The position numbers were made by a program, and so were the translations under genes. A stretch of DNA of 64,000 nt, taken from positions 192,001 through 256,000 of IMG/VR virus record IMGVR_UViG_3300043093_000048; one strand, 5' to 3'. The DNA comes from a virus. Its lineage: Duplodnaviria > Caudoviricetes. The notes beneath the pieces are model-generated. The model made no database searches. It was not told where the DNA came from and saw only the letters and a list, made by a program, of their open reading frames with translations. Positions 39,901-49,100 of this stretch are shown here, one piece after another. The first letter of the stretch is position 1. Every line of letters starts with the position of its first letter.

Positions 39901-42900
39901 ATATTTATAAATAGTTGTAGAACCAGTACTATTATCTACTACAAAATAAATTTTATATTTTAACATTTCATCTAAAGGATCATATATAACTTTAATACCT
40001 TCAGTTTGATTAGAAATATTTGAAAACATAAAAGGATTATCTTTATTATATCCTAAATCACTATCTCTAGAACTACCAACTTTATCAATAAAATTTAATA
40101 ATTCACTTAAAGAATTTTCATCCAATAAATCAGTCATGCTTTTTTTAACGCCTTTTTTAGTTTTAAAAGTTACTGCATAAGTTTTATATTCTGTATCTGT
40201 AGTATCTATATTTTCGATAATATTTTTCTTTTCAGAATCTTCTATATCTATTATTGAAATTAAATCAAAATCAAATTTAAGTGCTGTATCGATATTAATT
40301 TTATCTATAAAACTATCAACACCTGTTCCATTCATTTTAATATAAATTGTTTTTTCTTTAAATATATCTGAGTAATTCATATCTTCATACATTTTTATTA
40401 AATCTGAATATGAATAATGTACATTTAAATAATATTTTTTACCAAGCTCCAATTCAATAGATTTAACTTCATTTCCTTTAATGGAAGTAGTATATATATT
40501 TGTCAAACTTTCAGCGTTATCATTAATTTTATATTTATTAGTATTATCAATTTCCGTAGTTGAATAATATGTATAATCAGCACTATCTTTTAATTTATAA
40601 ATATAATCACCATTTACCATATCATTTTCATTTAAATAATTAATATAATCAATATCTGGAACAGTAACAATTTCTTTGTGTATTTTTTCATTATAATAAA
40701 TTCTACCAGTTTCAGTAAAATTATATCCTCTATTATCTCTCATATAAAATAAAGTTTCACGTCTATTATCAGTCTTTCTGCTTGTATCATTATAATTATT
40801 TAAATAATAATCAGTATTTAATGATAAAAACATTAAATCGTTATCTTCACTATTTATATTTGTTAAAGGATTGTAATAATAAACGTTGGAATAATAACCA
40901 CATTCAAGATATGGGTCATAATAAACATTAAAATCTCCTTCAGACATATCATGCTCAACTAAATAATTAATAAAATTATTATTAAAAAATGAAACAGATA
41001 AAAATCCAGATTTTTCTGCTGGTTCAAATTTATTAGTTTCATGATTATAAATATTTAAAGTAAATTTATATTTACTTCTAGTTACATTTCCATCTGAAAT
41101 ATCAACATTAGAGATATTGCTAATATATGCAATATTATCATTTTCTCCTATTTCTTCTATCTTATAAGTATTATTTGATGATGGTTTATAAATATAATAA
41201 GTAGAATTTTTATAAACAATATAACCTCTGCTATCTCTATCATTACTTTCATCTAAATCATTTTCTTTATTAATGCATATATTGTAGCTTATTGTTTTAT
41301 TTTGATTTTTATCATAATAATTAAAACTTTTTATAGAATTAATATCACATTCACCAGTATAACTATTTTGTAAATACCAGTAAGAATCTTCTATATAATT
41401 ATACTTATAGGTTTCATTGCTAAGACCTAAAGGACTTGATAAAATTACATCACCATATTTTATCTTAAACTCAGAAGGAGATAAATTAGTAACTGCATAA
41501 GGAAGATTTTCTGAACCTTCATAAATATTTACATAAGCTTTAATATATTGCAAATATTCATCTTTTAATGATAATTCTTCATCACTTTCAAATGTATTTA
41601 ATATAAGATTTCTTATAAATAAATTATAACTAGAATCTATATCGCCATTATCTTTTCTAATATCATCTTGAATATCTAAATATTCTGGTTCAGCATCTAA
41701 TTGAAAATGCTCAAAATCAATATCATCCATTTCATCAAATATTTTAATTTGTTCTCCAACTGGATCATCAAAATCTAAAACATTATTAGAATAAAGAGTA
41801 TCTAATGTATAAGCTTTAAATACTTCAATTAGTAATGAAGCAAATTCTTTCATATTAGAAAATATTACATTAAATGTACTATTATAAACTATATTACCAT
41901 TAGAAGCAATATATGTTTCAATAGCAGTAGATAATTCAAGAATTCTTTCTTCAATTTCTTCTCTTCTTTCATTATCTGTATTAAATGTTCCAAATTCTGT
42001 TACAAAGTTATATAATTCTTCATCATTATTTAATAAATATTCCTTAAAGCTTTCAAATTCATGATAAATATCAAAATTAAAATCAGATTTAAATTTAATA
42101 TTTAATAATTTCTTTAACTCAAGATAAATTTCACGTTCTTCACATTCAGTTATATATCTTTCAAGTTCTGATCTTATTTGTTCATTTTTATTAAGAACTT
42201 GCATTAAAGTAGATATATTAATATCTGAATAGTTAGATGACAAATTAGTTAATCCAGTTACTTCAAGACTTGAAGAAGAATTCTTAGAATTAATTTCCTT
42301 TGAAAGTACTGAAAATACTTCAAGGAATGTTAATAGATTTCTGTATTTATAAAGTATATCACTAGTAAAGAAATTATTTTTAACTAAATTAATAAACTTC
42401 ATAAAATAATTAAGACCATCTTCATTATATCTATTATCTAAAAAATTATTAAAATAAGCAACTTTATAACCATACATTTCATGACAATAATCTACTAATT
42501 CATTATAAATTACATCATTATGAATCATAAATGTATAAAATAAATCATATTTAGGATTATAATAAGTATAGAAATTATCTTCATCACCTAAGTCTTCAGA
42601 AGTTACAATATCATTATTAATAATACAATAAGCTAAATACTTTTTAAATAAAATCTTAAAATTACTATGAATTGATAAGAATTCTACATTTAGATCTCCA
42701 TTAAATATAAGAGTCTTTAAATAAGAAAGAGCTTCTTGTAAATTATCATTTTTAACTTCAGTATAAAGGTTAAATCCTTTATGATAAACATCATCTAAAT
42801 CTGTATAACCATTAATTGATTGATTATAAGAATTATAATTAACAGTATCATAAATTTCATTAGCTTTTATAAAATTGGCTAATTCTAAGAATTCACTCTT

Positions 42901-44496
42901 TATAGTCATATTACCTACAGTAGCATTATCTGTAGAACTTAGTGATAATAATTTATATGGGTTATTATAAAGATTTTCAATTGTTTCAAATGAATAATTT
43001 TCACTATAATGAAAATCTCTTAAATTAAAATCATTTAATAAGAAATCTCTTAAATTATTATTCCATGAAATTATTGAAGAGGAAATTACTATTTCATTAT
43101 TTTCATATTTCTCGGAAATTTCATCAATTATATTAACTATTTTAATAATTTGATCTTTAACTGTTTCATCATTAATATAACTTGAATAACCATAGATATT
43201 AATAATTAAAGGATTATCACTATTATCTTCTGAATAAATATTACGATTATTTTCTGAATCTTCATCATATACAAATCCATCACCATCTTGATCAATTGCA
43301 TCTGCAGGTTCTCCATCAAATTGATCATTTTTGATATATGTATAGAATAAAGAATATAAAGCTAACATAGCATCATATAGTTTAATAGTATTTGAACTAA
43401 TATCAGTATTTTTAAATGATAAAGAAGTATTTACTCCATTTTCTCTATCTTGTAACATAGCATCATTTAAAAGATACATAAAATAAGAAAGTGCTTTACC
43501 ATTTTTAATCATATCTACAACATATTCAATAGAAATATACTTAGTATCTAAAGTATTGAAAGACTGATAAAGTACTTCATCTTTACTAGCTCTCCAATAT
43601 GGATCATCACCAGTAATTTCTTCAAAAGTATAAGTTTCATTAGTATCAGTATTTAATTCTTCATCATAAGGTACTTGATAAAAAATTAAATCACCCTTTG
43701 GATTTTCTTTAGTTGGTTGATACTTTGCTAATACATATTTGTAAATATTAAGATTATTTACCATTAAGACTTCTTTAATATATTCAAATGCTGTATCGTC
43801 ACCTTTATCTCTTTGTAAATCATTTAATAATTTAATTAATCTTCTCTGATAAGTAATTGGGAGACTATCAAAATAATCAACACCATTTGAAATAAAATAG
43901 TTCTTACACTGGAATTTATTAAAAGTATCTACATCAAATTGATTTTTCATTCTATAAGTAATATATCTTTGAATTGCCATGAATAAAAGATATACTTCAG
44001 AAAATCCTCTATATAAATCTTCATTCTTAAAAGATTTTGTTCTAGTTACATTATTCCAATAAAATAATGATTCATTATAACATTTTAAGAATAACTGTTC
44101 TTGCCATTCTTCTAATAATACATTACCATCATTATCTGTTGTATTAATACAAGTTAGTATACTATAATCTTCAGCCATTCTTGAATCTAATGGATCAATA
44201 TTATAATCGCTTAATAACCAAGCATAGTATTTATTAGTTTCCTCATACATTCCTTTTAATTTTTCTCTTTGAGTTTCAGTATAATCATCTTGCTTGTAAC
44301 AAGCTTTAATATATACATTAGCATTTCTTGCGGAAGTATCAGTTTCATATTTATCTGCCATATCAGAATCTTTAACAACTACACCAGAAGTATAATCAAA
44401 AAGATTCTGGAGTTCATCTATATCCTCTGTATTGACTAAACCATATGAATATTTTTTAAATAATTCTCTACGGCTCAATGTATCCATAAATAACAC
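33988..44496 (-). CDS. 3502-aa virion structural protein (baseplate-wedge-like N-part, BspA-type LRRs in the C-part)
   Basis: LQRDKGDDTAF..NIYKYVLAK..ITGDDPYW N-part; IPSTIVYFGEGVF, LPYNLGFIESEAF and IGYSCFSGCSRL repeats. Confidence 0.6.
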   Translation of the reverse strand: MLFMDTLSRRELFKKYSYGLVNTEDIDELQNLFDYTSGVVVKDSDMADKYETDTSARNANVYIKACYKQDDYTETQREKLKGMYEETNKYYAWLLSDYNIDPLDSRMAEDYSILTCINTTDNDGNVLLEEWQEQLFLKCYNESLFYWNNVTRTKSFKNEDLYRGFSEVYLLFMAIQRYITYRMKNQFDVDTFNKFQCKNYFISNGVDYFDSLPITYQRRLIKLLNDLQRDKGDDTAFEYIKEVLMVNNLNIYKYVLAKYQPTKENPKGDLIFYQVPYDEELNTDTNETYTFEEITGDDPYWRASKDEVLYQSFNTLDTKYISIEYVVDMIKNGKALSYFMYLLNDAMLQDRENGVNTSLSFKNTDISSNTIKLYDAMLALYSLFYTYIKNDQFDGEPADAIDQDGDGFVYDEDSENNRNIYSEDNSDNPLIINIYGYSSYINDETVKDQIIKIVNIIDEISEKYENNEIVISSSIISWNNNLRDFLLNDFNLRDFHYSENYSFETIENLYNNPYKLLSLSSTDNATVGNMTIKSEFLELANFIKANEIYDTVNYNSYNQSINGYTDLDDVYHKGFNLYTEVKNDNLQEALSYLKTLIFNGDLNVEFLSIHSNFKILFKKYLAYCIINNDIVTSEDLGDEDNFYTYYNPKYDLFYTFMIHNDVIYNELVDYCHEMYGYKVAYFNNFLDNRYNEDGLNYFMKFINLVKNNFFTSDILYKYRNLLTFLEVFSVLSKEINSKNSSSSLEVTGLTNLSSNYSDINISTLMQVLNKNEQIRSELERYITECEEREIYLELKKLLNIKFKSDFNFDIYHEFESFKEYLLNNDEELYNFVTEFGTFNTDNERREEIEERILELSTAIETYIASNGNIVYNSTFNVIFSNMKEFASLLIEVFKAYTLDTLYSNNVLDFDDPVGEQIKIFDEMDDIDFEHFQLDAEPEYLDIQDDIRKDNGDIDSSYNLFIRNLILNTFESDEELSLKDEYLQYIKAYVNIYEGSENLPYAVTNLSPSEFKIKYGDVILSSPLGLSNETYKYNYIEDSYWYLQNSYTGECDINSIKSFNYYDKNQNKTISYNICINKENDLDESNDRDSRGYIVYKNSTYYIYKPSSNNTYKIEEIGENDNIAYISNISNVDISDGNVTRSKYKFTLNIYNHETNKFEPAEKSGFLSVSFFNNNFINYLVEHDMSEGDFNVYYDPYLECGYYSNVYYYNPLTNINSEDNDLMFLSLNTDYYLNNYNDTSRKTDNRRETLFYMRDNRGYNFTETGRIYYNEKIHKEIVTVPDIDYINYLNENDMVNGDYIYKLKDSADYTYYSTTEIDNTNKYKINDNAESLTNIYTTSIKGNEVKSIELELGKKYYLNVHYSYSDLIKMYEDMNYSDIFKEKTIYIKMNGTGVDSFIDKINIDTALKFDFDLISIIDIEDSEKKNIIENIDTTDTEYKTYAVTFKTKKGVKKSMTDLLDENSLSELLNFIDKVGSSRDSDLGYNKDNPFMFSNISNQTEGIKVIYDPLDEMLKYKIYFVVDNSTGSTTIYKYDHECSTTDKLYKIGYGYTLNKSDKFSINILYEALRYYNYEDFHNQIEYTDEIINGKTSVLPLAVSINSGEELLPEPILTEEDGILKVFHTDYTEEQLKKFSIMNDSAFNYYTGNIFDFFYTIKNYSANNYTDNNNKNHYYIDYINSNKSETNFDIIITKDLLTSDLMMNAGTSFNALDDNFKLSIPSTINNNAYLVTLYQNIEKPDTSTNITIEITDTTDSDDESSITQNFAYIAVENKGITDYNTESYTYKTRPLLYEISKFASSLGLKNISTNKKISKSAKDAAAAINEMSKVGRFTVESYLNNISDKNILTLEGQHDESNIVYDENYNYVRLKTFNKFNDYSDFGSDILGGNEKDKEFFYDYDYAKEIGATEKIIDSGICDGPLSNDLVETHIIIKNLDENEIIYDSYSSKDNNCFNESLKLNNDSETIKRNSTYKVYVETLIQNTGANNGNFLFNLDIDDDKTVGCDVSNKKVTYDSDIYGNSIAILNFDFTPTKKECNLKFKMSGIIIFETILDYDFTDENSDTHKLLLISPSKNRNLQSDATKNQKDVHTHCGSIVYYGDGSGLQSMPFTYTTHEFDTSDDDKKQRRVMISTGLPMSAHNNRATNEYSNYNPITNYCFAIDNYWLTTDNYTITMPFLLYKEEIENTTTNKIIIGYDENDNAIYNGDDGKGEDVATFNTKINYDINGTKYWSKTNNNYILKYGNNKLETSYSYLFNDDGIFKDINNRAPSVTVTNTSNKYITNARIPSTIVYFGEGVFKNNKNFDSFTFGPLATYYGESLFENSLLKEVYFLNNALTCSNYRRTIDKKTPPVYSDSSFNINYIPYNSNDNIYGFATFGSKSFKNISTFKDNHFSIKLPYNLGFIESEAFYLSTLNQIIFDNCNYIYTTSINAFSENEYLNRRYIVDFKGNDYRDEDDNLVYEGQAKMDDSKYSYDSEGNFQEYNTTVFDEKLQPTNGYKFSDQLSIKFKHGDNVFINRFHSNVFIDDIYAKTIDTGNAYAIGYSCFSGCSRLMNLLLPEVIYFGNFFVENVQSSMDVDPRVKSFIINYNNKKYLAYYYKDSDIESGYRVNIDGKAYEIMTSCFNGTYIGNHAIYVNCKTGWLYYNHDDKNFHGKMVDIYEENKDEVDGEDYYIDPKYIYYERDGYTDYDEYIDYIESVIEEKPEIYNNGEDSTLLVTKFKDYYLEYVNSGYNAEKVMVTTASNVSKVCENCISLVNVEFGNKLYIISDNNFINCGKLRINNNHLYSIDSDYTEDNIIDLGELIKDDSDFSIEDNNVKYIEKFYDVNKPYVNWNSLIAVEINDIIYNDAFNIIYHGTNDEFKEVRKKINWNARGNKQKYKNISTVSNKRIESPYSKVGDLPYLHEKDDNFTGNNYFTLTMNDSELYFDSLETYKKNDNTYEKDNNYTFTIYSLKDFNPDNNFTYDGDPLNSLYLRAKNTYNNIDSVLATIHENKIAGSTYSDERKRSNEYWYIDPLKVEKYLPSSTENVPKFSTNEYHRTKTESLDAFPDRYYTDDDDIKKEIFKNYIKDLNIIKFNQNKFSDNESEYANKNLYLFKATVKSKMRNINIDNIDYEIPSRNFIDGYQYFNLDFDNDDYTGYYVSNYERSGKKIALFNETIQELISDVVDNSINNPIFKDNISYMYRYGYNGASRILLDTTLEDLANSKYKSNYKNFCHFYEGRKFEKNPDDPDDVCGTLSLNESDFNELVNKDNTSKPLTPSVLNYATSYQLDGFGCIAYGMLGMENPRGRFNAENYNGITLYDISANYPIKDFTDSEDNYLLKDTNTIFLKDCDITNKDSNYYINIRNVYDYNEKYTNTNQFRTIPNATTNIIISKENDDKLKTSSLNRFSFIYRLFGVIYDSTANKIVGYRVNGWMKENEKKGYRSFSDTVTILAEDYYDTLNVEDKEFTFNNTIYNLHDIYNDLLKNTVISNNLVRISFAGGIREIDLSSTTKENISTNIDFIK

Positions 44497-44514
44497 CTCT
44501 TTTGTAAAATAATT

Positions 44515-44526
44515 TAATTTGTTGTT
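44515..44526 (-). promoter_or_regulatory. Putative late-class promoter
   Basis: AACA-ACAAAT-TA upstream of the GAGGTG RBS. Confidence 0.5.
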
Positions 44527-44555
44527 AAATTATTAAATTAAATATAAATATATAT

Positions 44556-44575
44556 AAATATATATTATTTTTGTG
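44556..44575 (+). promoter_or_regulatory. Putative early-class promoter
   Basis: AAATATATATTATTTTTGTG. Confidence 0.65.
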
Positions 44576-44656
44576 ATTAAAATAATTTAATTTTTTAAAT
44601 TTAATTTTTAAATTTTAAATAAAATATAATATTATATAAAAGGAGGAAAAAATAAA

Positions 44657-45430
44657 ATGTCTTTAAGCTCAAAGCATAATTATATTAATAAAAATATTAA
44701 ATATATTAAAAATGCAATTATTACTGAATATGATATGAAGAATGGAGGAATATCAATTTTATATCATAAAGGTTTTTTAACAAAAGATGAATATGATTAT
44801 TTAATGAATAATTTAAATAAATTAGAAAGAAATATTGAAATAGGTAAATGGTTAAAGAATAATAAAGAAGTTTCTATAGGTTTAATGGAAGGGTTTAAAG
44901 AAGCTAGAGAATTATTCTTCAATGAAAATGATATTAATGATTCAGATGTTTTATCTATTAAAAAAGATGCAATATTTCTTATTGATAAACAAGTAAAAGT
45001 TAAACAACTAAATGAAGATTATTTATTTAGAGAAAAAAATCAATATTCTTCTTATTTAAATCTTTCAAATAAAGAATTTTATTTTTCTTTAATGGATAAT
45101 ATTTTAGATGTAAAAGGTTTTAGTGAAGATGTAGTAAATATTCAAAAGAATTATTTATTTAAATTTATTCAAGAATGTTTAGAATTAAATGCTGATAGCA
45201 AAAATGAAAAATTATTTATAAAACTATTAGAATTTAAAAATAACTATATCACTAAGAAATTACCATTTGAATATTATTATGATATTAATTTTGGAGGATA
45301 TTTATTTAAATATGATTATTATACAATTATATTAGATTCAATCAATAATGAACTTTTAAATAATGAGTATTTCAATATAAATACTAATTTAAATGTCATT
45401 ATTGAATTAATATCTAATTTATTAGCTTAA
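44657..45430 (+). CDS. Hypothetical protein, possibly a DNA polymerase palm-like fragment
   Basis: ITEYDMKNGGISIL (motif A-like) and VLSIKKDAIFL (motif C-like); strong RBS; own promoter and terminator. Confidence 0.45.
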   Translation: MSLSSKHNYINKNIKYIKNAIITEYDMKNGGISILYHKGFLTKDEYDYLMNNLNKLERNIEIGKWLKNNKEVSIGLMEGFKEARELFFNENDINDSDVLSIKKDAIFLIDKQVKVKQLNEDYLFREKNQYSSYLNLSNKEFYFSLMDNILDVKGFSEDVVNIQKNYLFKFIQECLELNADSKNEKLFIKLLEFKNNYITKKLPFEYYYDINFGGYLFKYDYYTIILDSINNELLNNEYFNINTNLNVIIELISNLLA

Positions 45431-45434
45431 CTTC

Positions 45435-45463
45435 AAAAAAGGATAATATTATCCTTTTTTTTT
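45435..45463 (+). terminator. Intrinsic terminator
   Basis: AAAAAAGGATAAT/ATTATCCTTTTTT. Confidence 0.75.
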
Positions 45464-45488
45464 AATAGTTGTTAAATAAATATCTAAC

Positions 45489-45500
45489 AACAATGAATTA
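45489..45500 (+). promoter_or_regulatory. Putative late-class promoter
   Basis: AACA-ATGAAT-TA upstream of 45566. Confidence 0.5.
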
Positions 45501-45565
45501 TAAACTAAAAAGATTTAAATTATATAAAGAAAATAAAGAAATTAAAAAAGAGAGGTGGATTAAAG

Positions 45566-46093
45566 ATGAATTATTATTTATTATTCCCACTTCTATCTCT
45601 AAATAATTTCTTTACAGATGATTTTCTTAGTGCAGATAGAATAACTGCAATACTGGCAGGATTATTATCTGGAGGTTTACTTACATTAATTGGTACTATC
45701 CTGACAAATCGGAAAGACGATAAGAAAAGTAAAAGAGATAATAGAAGTGATATTGAAAAAACTTATACTGAGAACGCTAAAGAACTAATGGATTCCTATA
45801 ATGACTTTACTAATAAAATTAATGAAAGACTCGCTCATGTTGAAAAACAGCTACAAGAAAAAGACGAAGAAATTGAACAGAAAGATCAGACTATCTCCGA
45901 TTTAAAAGAAAAAGTAGTACAATTAACAGCTGAAATAGAAAAACTTATGGAACAAAATAAAATTTTGATAACACAAAATAATAGCTTGAGTGTTAAAAAT
46001 TCGGAATTAATGGAACAAAATAAAAAGTTACTTGGTCATTTAAAAACAGATTTGAATAATGATGATAATGATAATATCGAAAATATGAAATAA
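45566..46093 (+). CDS. Membrane-anchored coiled-coil protein, possible holin
   Basis: Hydrophobic ITAILAGLLSGGLLTLIGTIL followed by a basic patch and a long heptad region. Confidence 0.55.
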   Translation: MNYYLLFPLLSLNNFFTDDFLSADRITAILAGLLSGGLLTLIGTILTNRKDDKKSKRDNRSDIEKTYTENAKELMDSYNDFTNKINERLAHVEKQLQEKDEEIEQKDQTISDLKEKVVQLTAEIEKLMEQNKILITQNNSLSVKNSELMEQNKKLLGHLKTDLNNDDNDNIENMK

Positions 46094-46105
46094 AAAATTA
46101 TTATT

Positions 46106-46135
46106 TTGGAAAACATTGATATCAATGTTTTCCAA
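46106..46135 (+). terminator. Palindromic hairpin (terminator or processing site)
   Basis: TTGGAAAACATTGAT/ATCAATGTTTTCCAA. Confidence 0.55.
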
Positions 46136-46164
46136 TAAATTATATTTATGTGAGGTGAAATTAG

Positions 46165-49100
46165 ATGGCAAATGAAAATTTAACGATTAAAAATTTATCT
46201 TCAGCAGTTATTAATGGTGATGTAACAAGCTTTAAATCAGTTAATGGCTCAGGTGAAGAAGGTGAAGATTCTGGTTATATTTTAACAAATAGCTTAAAAA
46301 TAGGATCAAATGTAGTTGAATTAAGTTATGATGGTATGACAACTAATACTAAATATTATATATCTCGTAAAACTACAGATGAACTAGATAATAGTCAAAA
46401 TACTAAATATTATTTGTTATTAAATGATAATCTATCAAATTATTTGTATTATATGAATAAAGATATAGAGTCAGTTTATTCGTTTGAAGATACTAATAGT
46501 GAAGATAATTTATTTATTGTTGATAAGAGTATAATAGAAGATGATGTTAAAGATGATTTTAATGATTATATGATTGATTTTTCAAATAGCTCAATATCAA
46601 CTTCTGTTGATAATATATTTTATAATGGTTCATTATTAGCTGAAATTTTTAGTTCAGATTTAATTTATGGAACAAAATCAAGTGATAATGGTTATATTTA
46701 TTTATACTTAAATAAAAATGCAAATCAAGATTTAAAATTTGATATATCTGATTTTATTTTTGAAGTAAGAGTTAATAATATTCCGACAAAATTCTTTGAA
46801 GTTAGTGAAAAGACTTTAGACGTTGGAACGAATTCAATCTATAATGTATTAGTAAAAATAAATGCATCTAAATTTAAGAAAGAAACAGATATGGACGAAT
46901 TAAATTATTTCTTAATAGTTGTTAAGAATAAATATACTACTGATACAATGAGTTTTTCATATTCTAAATTTGAAGATTATATGAAACCATTTATTTCTTA
47001 CGATTCAATGCTTCAAACAACTGATGATATTACTATTAACTGTAGATATGATTTATCTATAGCTACTACAAATCAAACAAATAATGTAGTTGTAAATATT
47101 AATGATGATGACTTATTAGAACTAATTGAAGGAAAGAAACGACCTGTAATAGATGGTTCAATAGTATTTGAAATGACTGATAAAAATATTAATATTAGAG
47201 CTTTAACTCAAACAATTGTTAAAATGTATATTGAAAGTAGTAATAATTATTATTTAATTTCAAGTAATGATATTAATTTTGAAAAGACTAATTATAAATG
47301 TTATTCATCTTCATATAATTATTTTAATGGTACTAAGTCATATATTCTTAATTCAAATAATAGTGAATTGAGTTTTATTGTAGAAAGTACTACAGATATT
47401 GATTATAAATTTAAAGATACATTTGCTATTAATATAATTAAAATTAAAGATAGTAGTAAAACTAAAGTTGATAATAATGATTCTGATTTAGGAATTAATG
47501 ATATAGAATGCGTTATTACTGTTAATTTTAATGTAAATATTAATCCAGACCCTAAATTTGAATTATCTGAAGATGAAGAGTCTATATTAAAAAATATTAT
47601 GTCATTCCAAACTGATACATTAACTGCAGAATTTGGTGGTACATCTTTATTTTCTATAAAAGCTAATAATAATATTGTATTAAATGATTCTGATTTAAAT
47701 TCTACTGCTCTTAAAAATTATATAAGCGGTGGTGGTAGAAATCTAACTTATATTGAAGAGAATTTTGATAATTTTGATATTTCTTTTTATGGTATTTATG
47801 TAGATTATATGGTATTGGATAATAGTGAAATAGGTCAAATATGGTTTAATAAATTTGAAGATGCTGATTTAACTAATGATAACCCTGTAATTACAAAACA
47901 AGAATTAGTTTGTAATGCTAGTTCTTCAGCAGATAATTGTAATGATGGTTTTAATGAAAATGCTTTTTCTGTAACACTTGATGGAGTTACTAAACGTATT
48001 TTAATAGTTCCTGAAGATGTCTTTAAGTTATTTAATTATCTTAATACTTCTGATACTAAGCTTTTTTCTATTGATAATACAACTGAAGATATTTTTTCAT
48101 TATCTTCTGATGAGTTTGTTGAATTAGTTTCAAAAACAAAAAATACTAATAATTTTGCTTTTTATCCTTATGCTGATTTAATATTTTTAGCAAATGAAAA
48201 TGATGAAGATGAATTTGTTAATTCAAATTTATATATAGATTATTATCCTGTAATCCATAGACTTACTAAAAAAACTGATTCAAAAGAAAAAATAGTATGG
48301 TCAATTTATGATGGTGAAAATGTTACTAATTTGAAACAAGAAAAGATTATTAAATTAGCAGCACAAGAAAAAAATGATAGTGATAGTGATTTATCATCTA
48401 TTGCAACAGGTGAATTAGGAACTATAAATGATTCAAATAGTATTATATCATATCCGTCATTTGTTACTTTTAAAGTTTTAATGGAAACAGATAGTGGCGA
48501 ACCTACTAGTATAGATTCTGTTACATATACTGGTAAAATAACTAATGGATCAGAATTTCCTGTTTTAATTAAAGATATAAGTTTATCTAATATAGCTGAT
48601 GATAGTGATTTATTTACTTTAAATGAAGATAAAAGCGATATTAGTAGCGATAGCTTTATGGACTATAACCTAGAAATAGGCAATAATTGTATTTCTCTCA
48701 GTAAACTTAATATAGGTGCTTATAATGATCATAGTGATCTTACAGTTATAACTGCTGAAGATGGCAGTTTATTATATTTATTAAAAGCTGGAGGAACTTT
48801 AAACGTAAATATTACAAATACTGATGAAGTTAATAATATTCCTGCTGATTTTGGTAAAACTATTAATAATTTAAAGGATTCATTACATTTTGAATTATAT
48901 TATATTCAAGAGAATACTGATAGCGATAGTAGTTCATTAAAATATACATTCAGAGAAGATGGTTCTACCGTAGCTACTAATTTTGAAACAGTTATTTCAG
49001 TTTATCCTTTTATTTCTAGTATTAATTTCGATAGTTCTTATTATAGATATGGTGATACTGTTTATAATATAATATCTGACGATATAAAATTAAGATCTGT

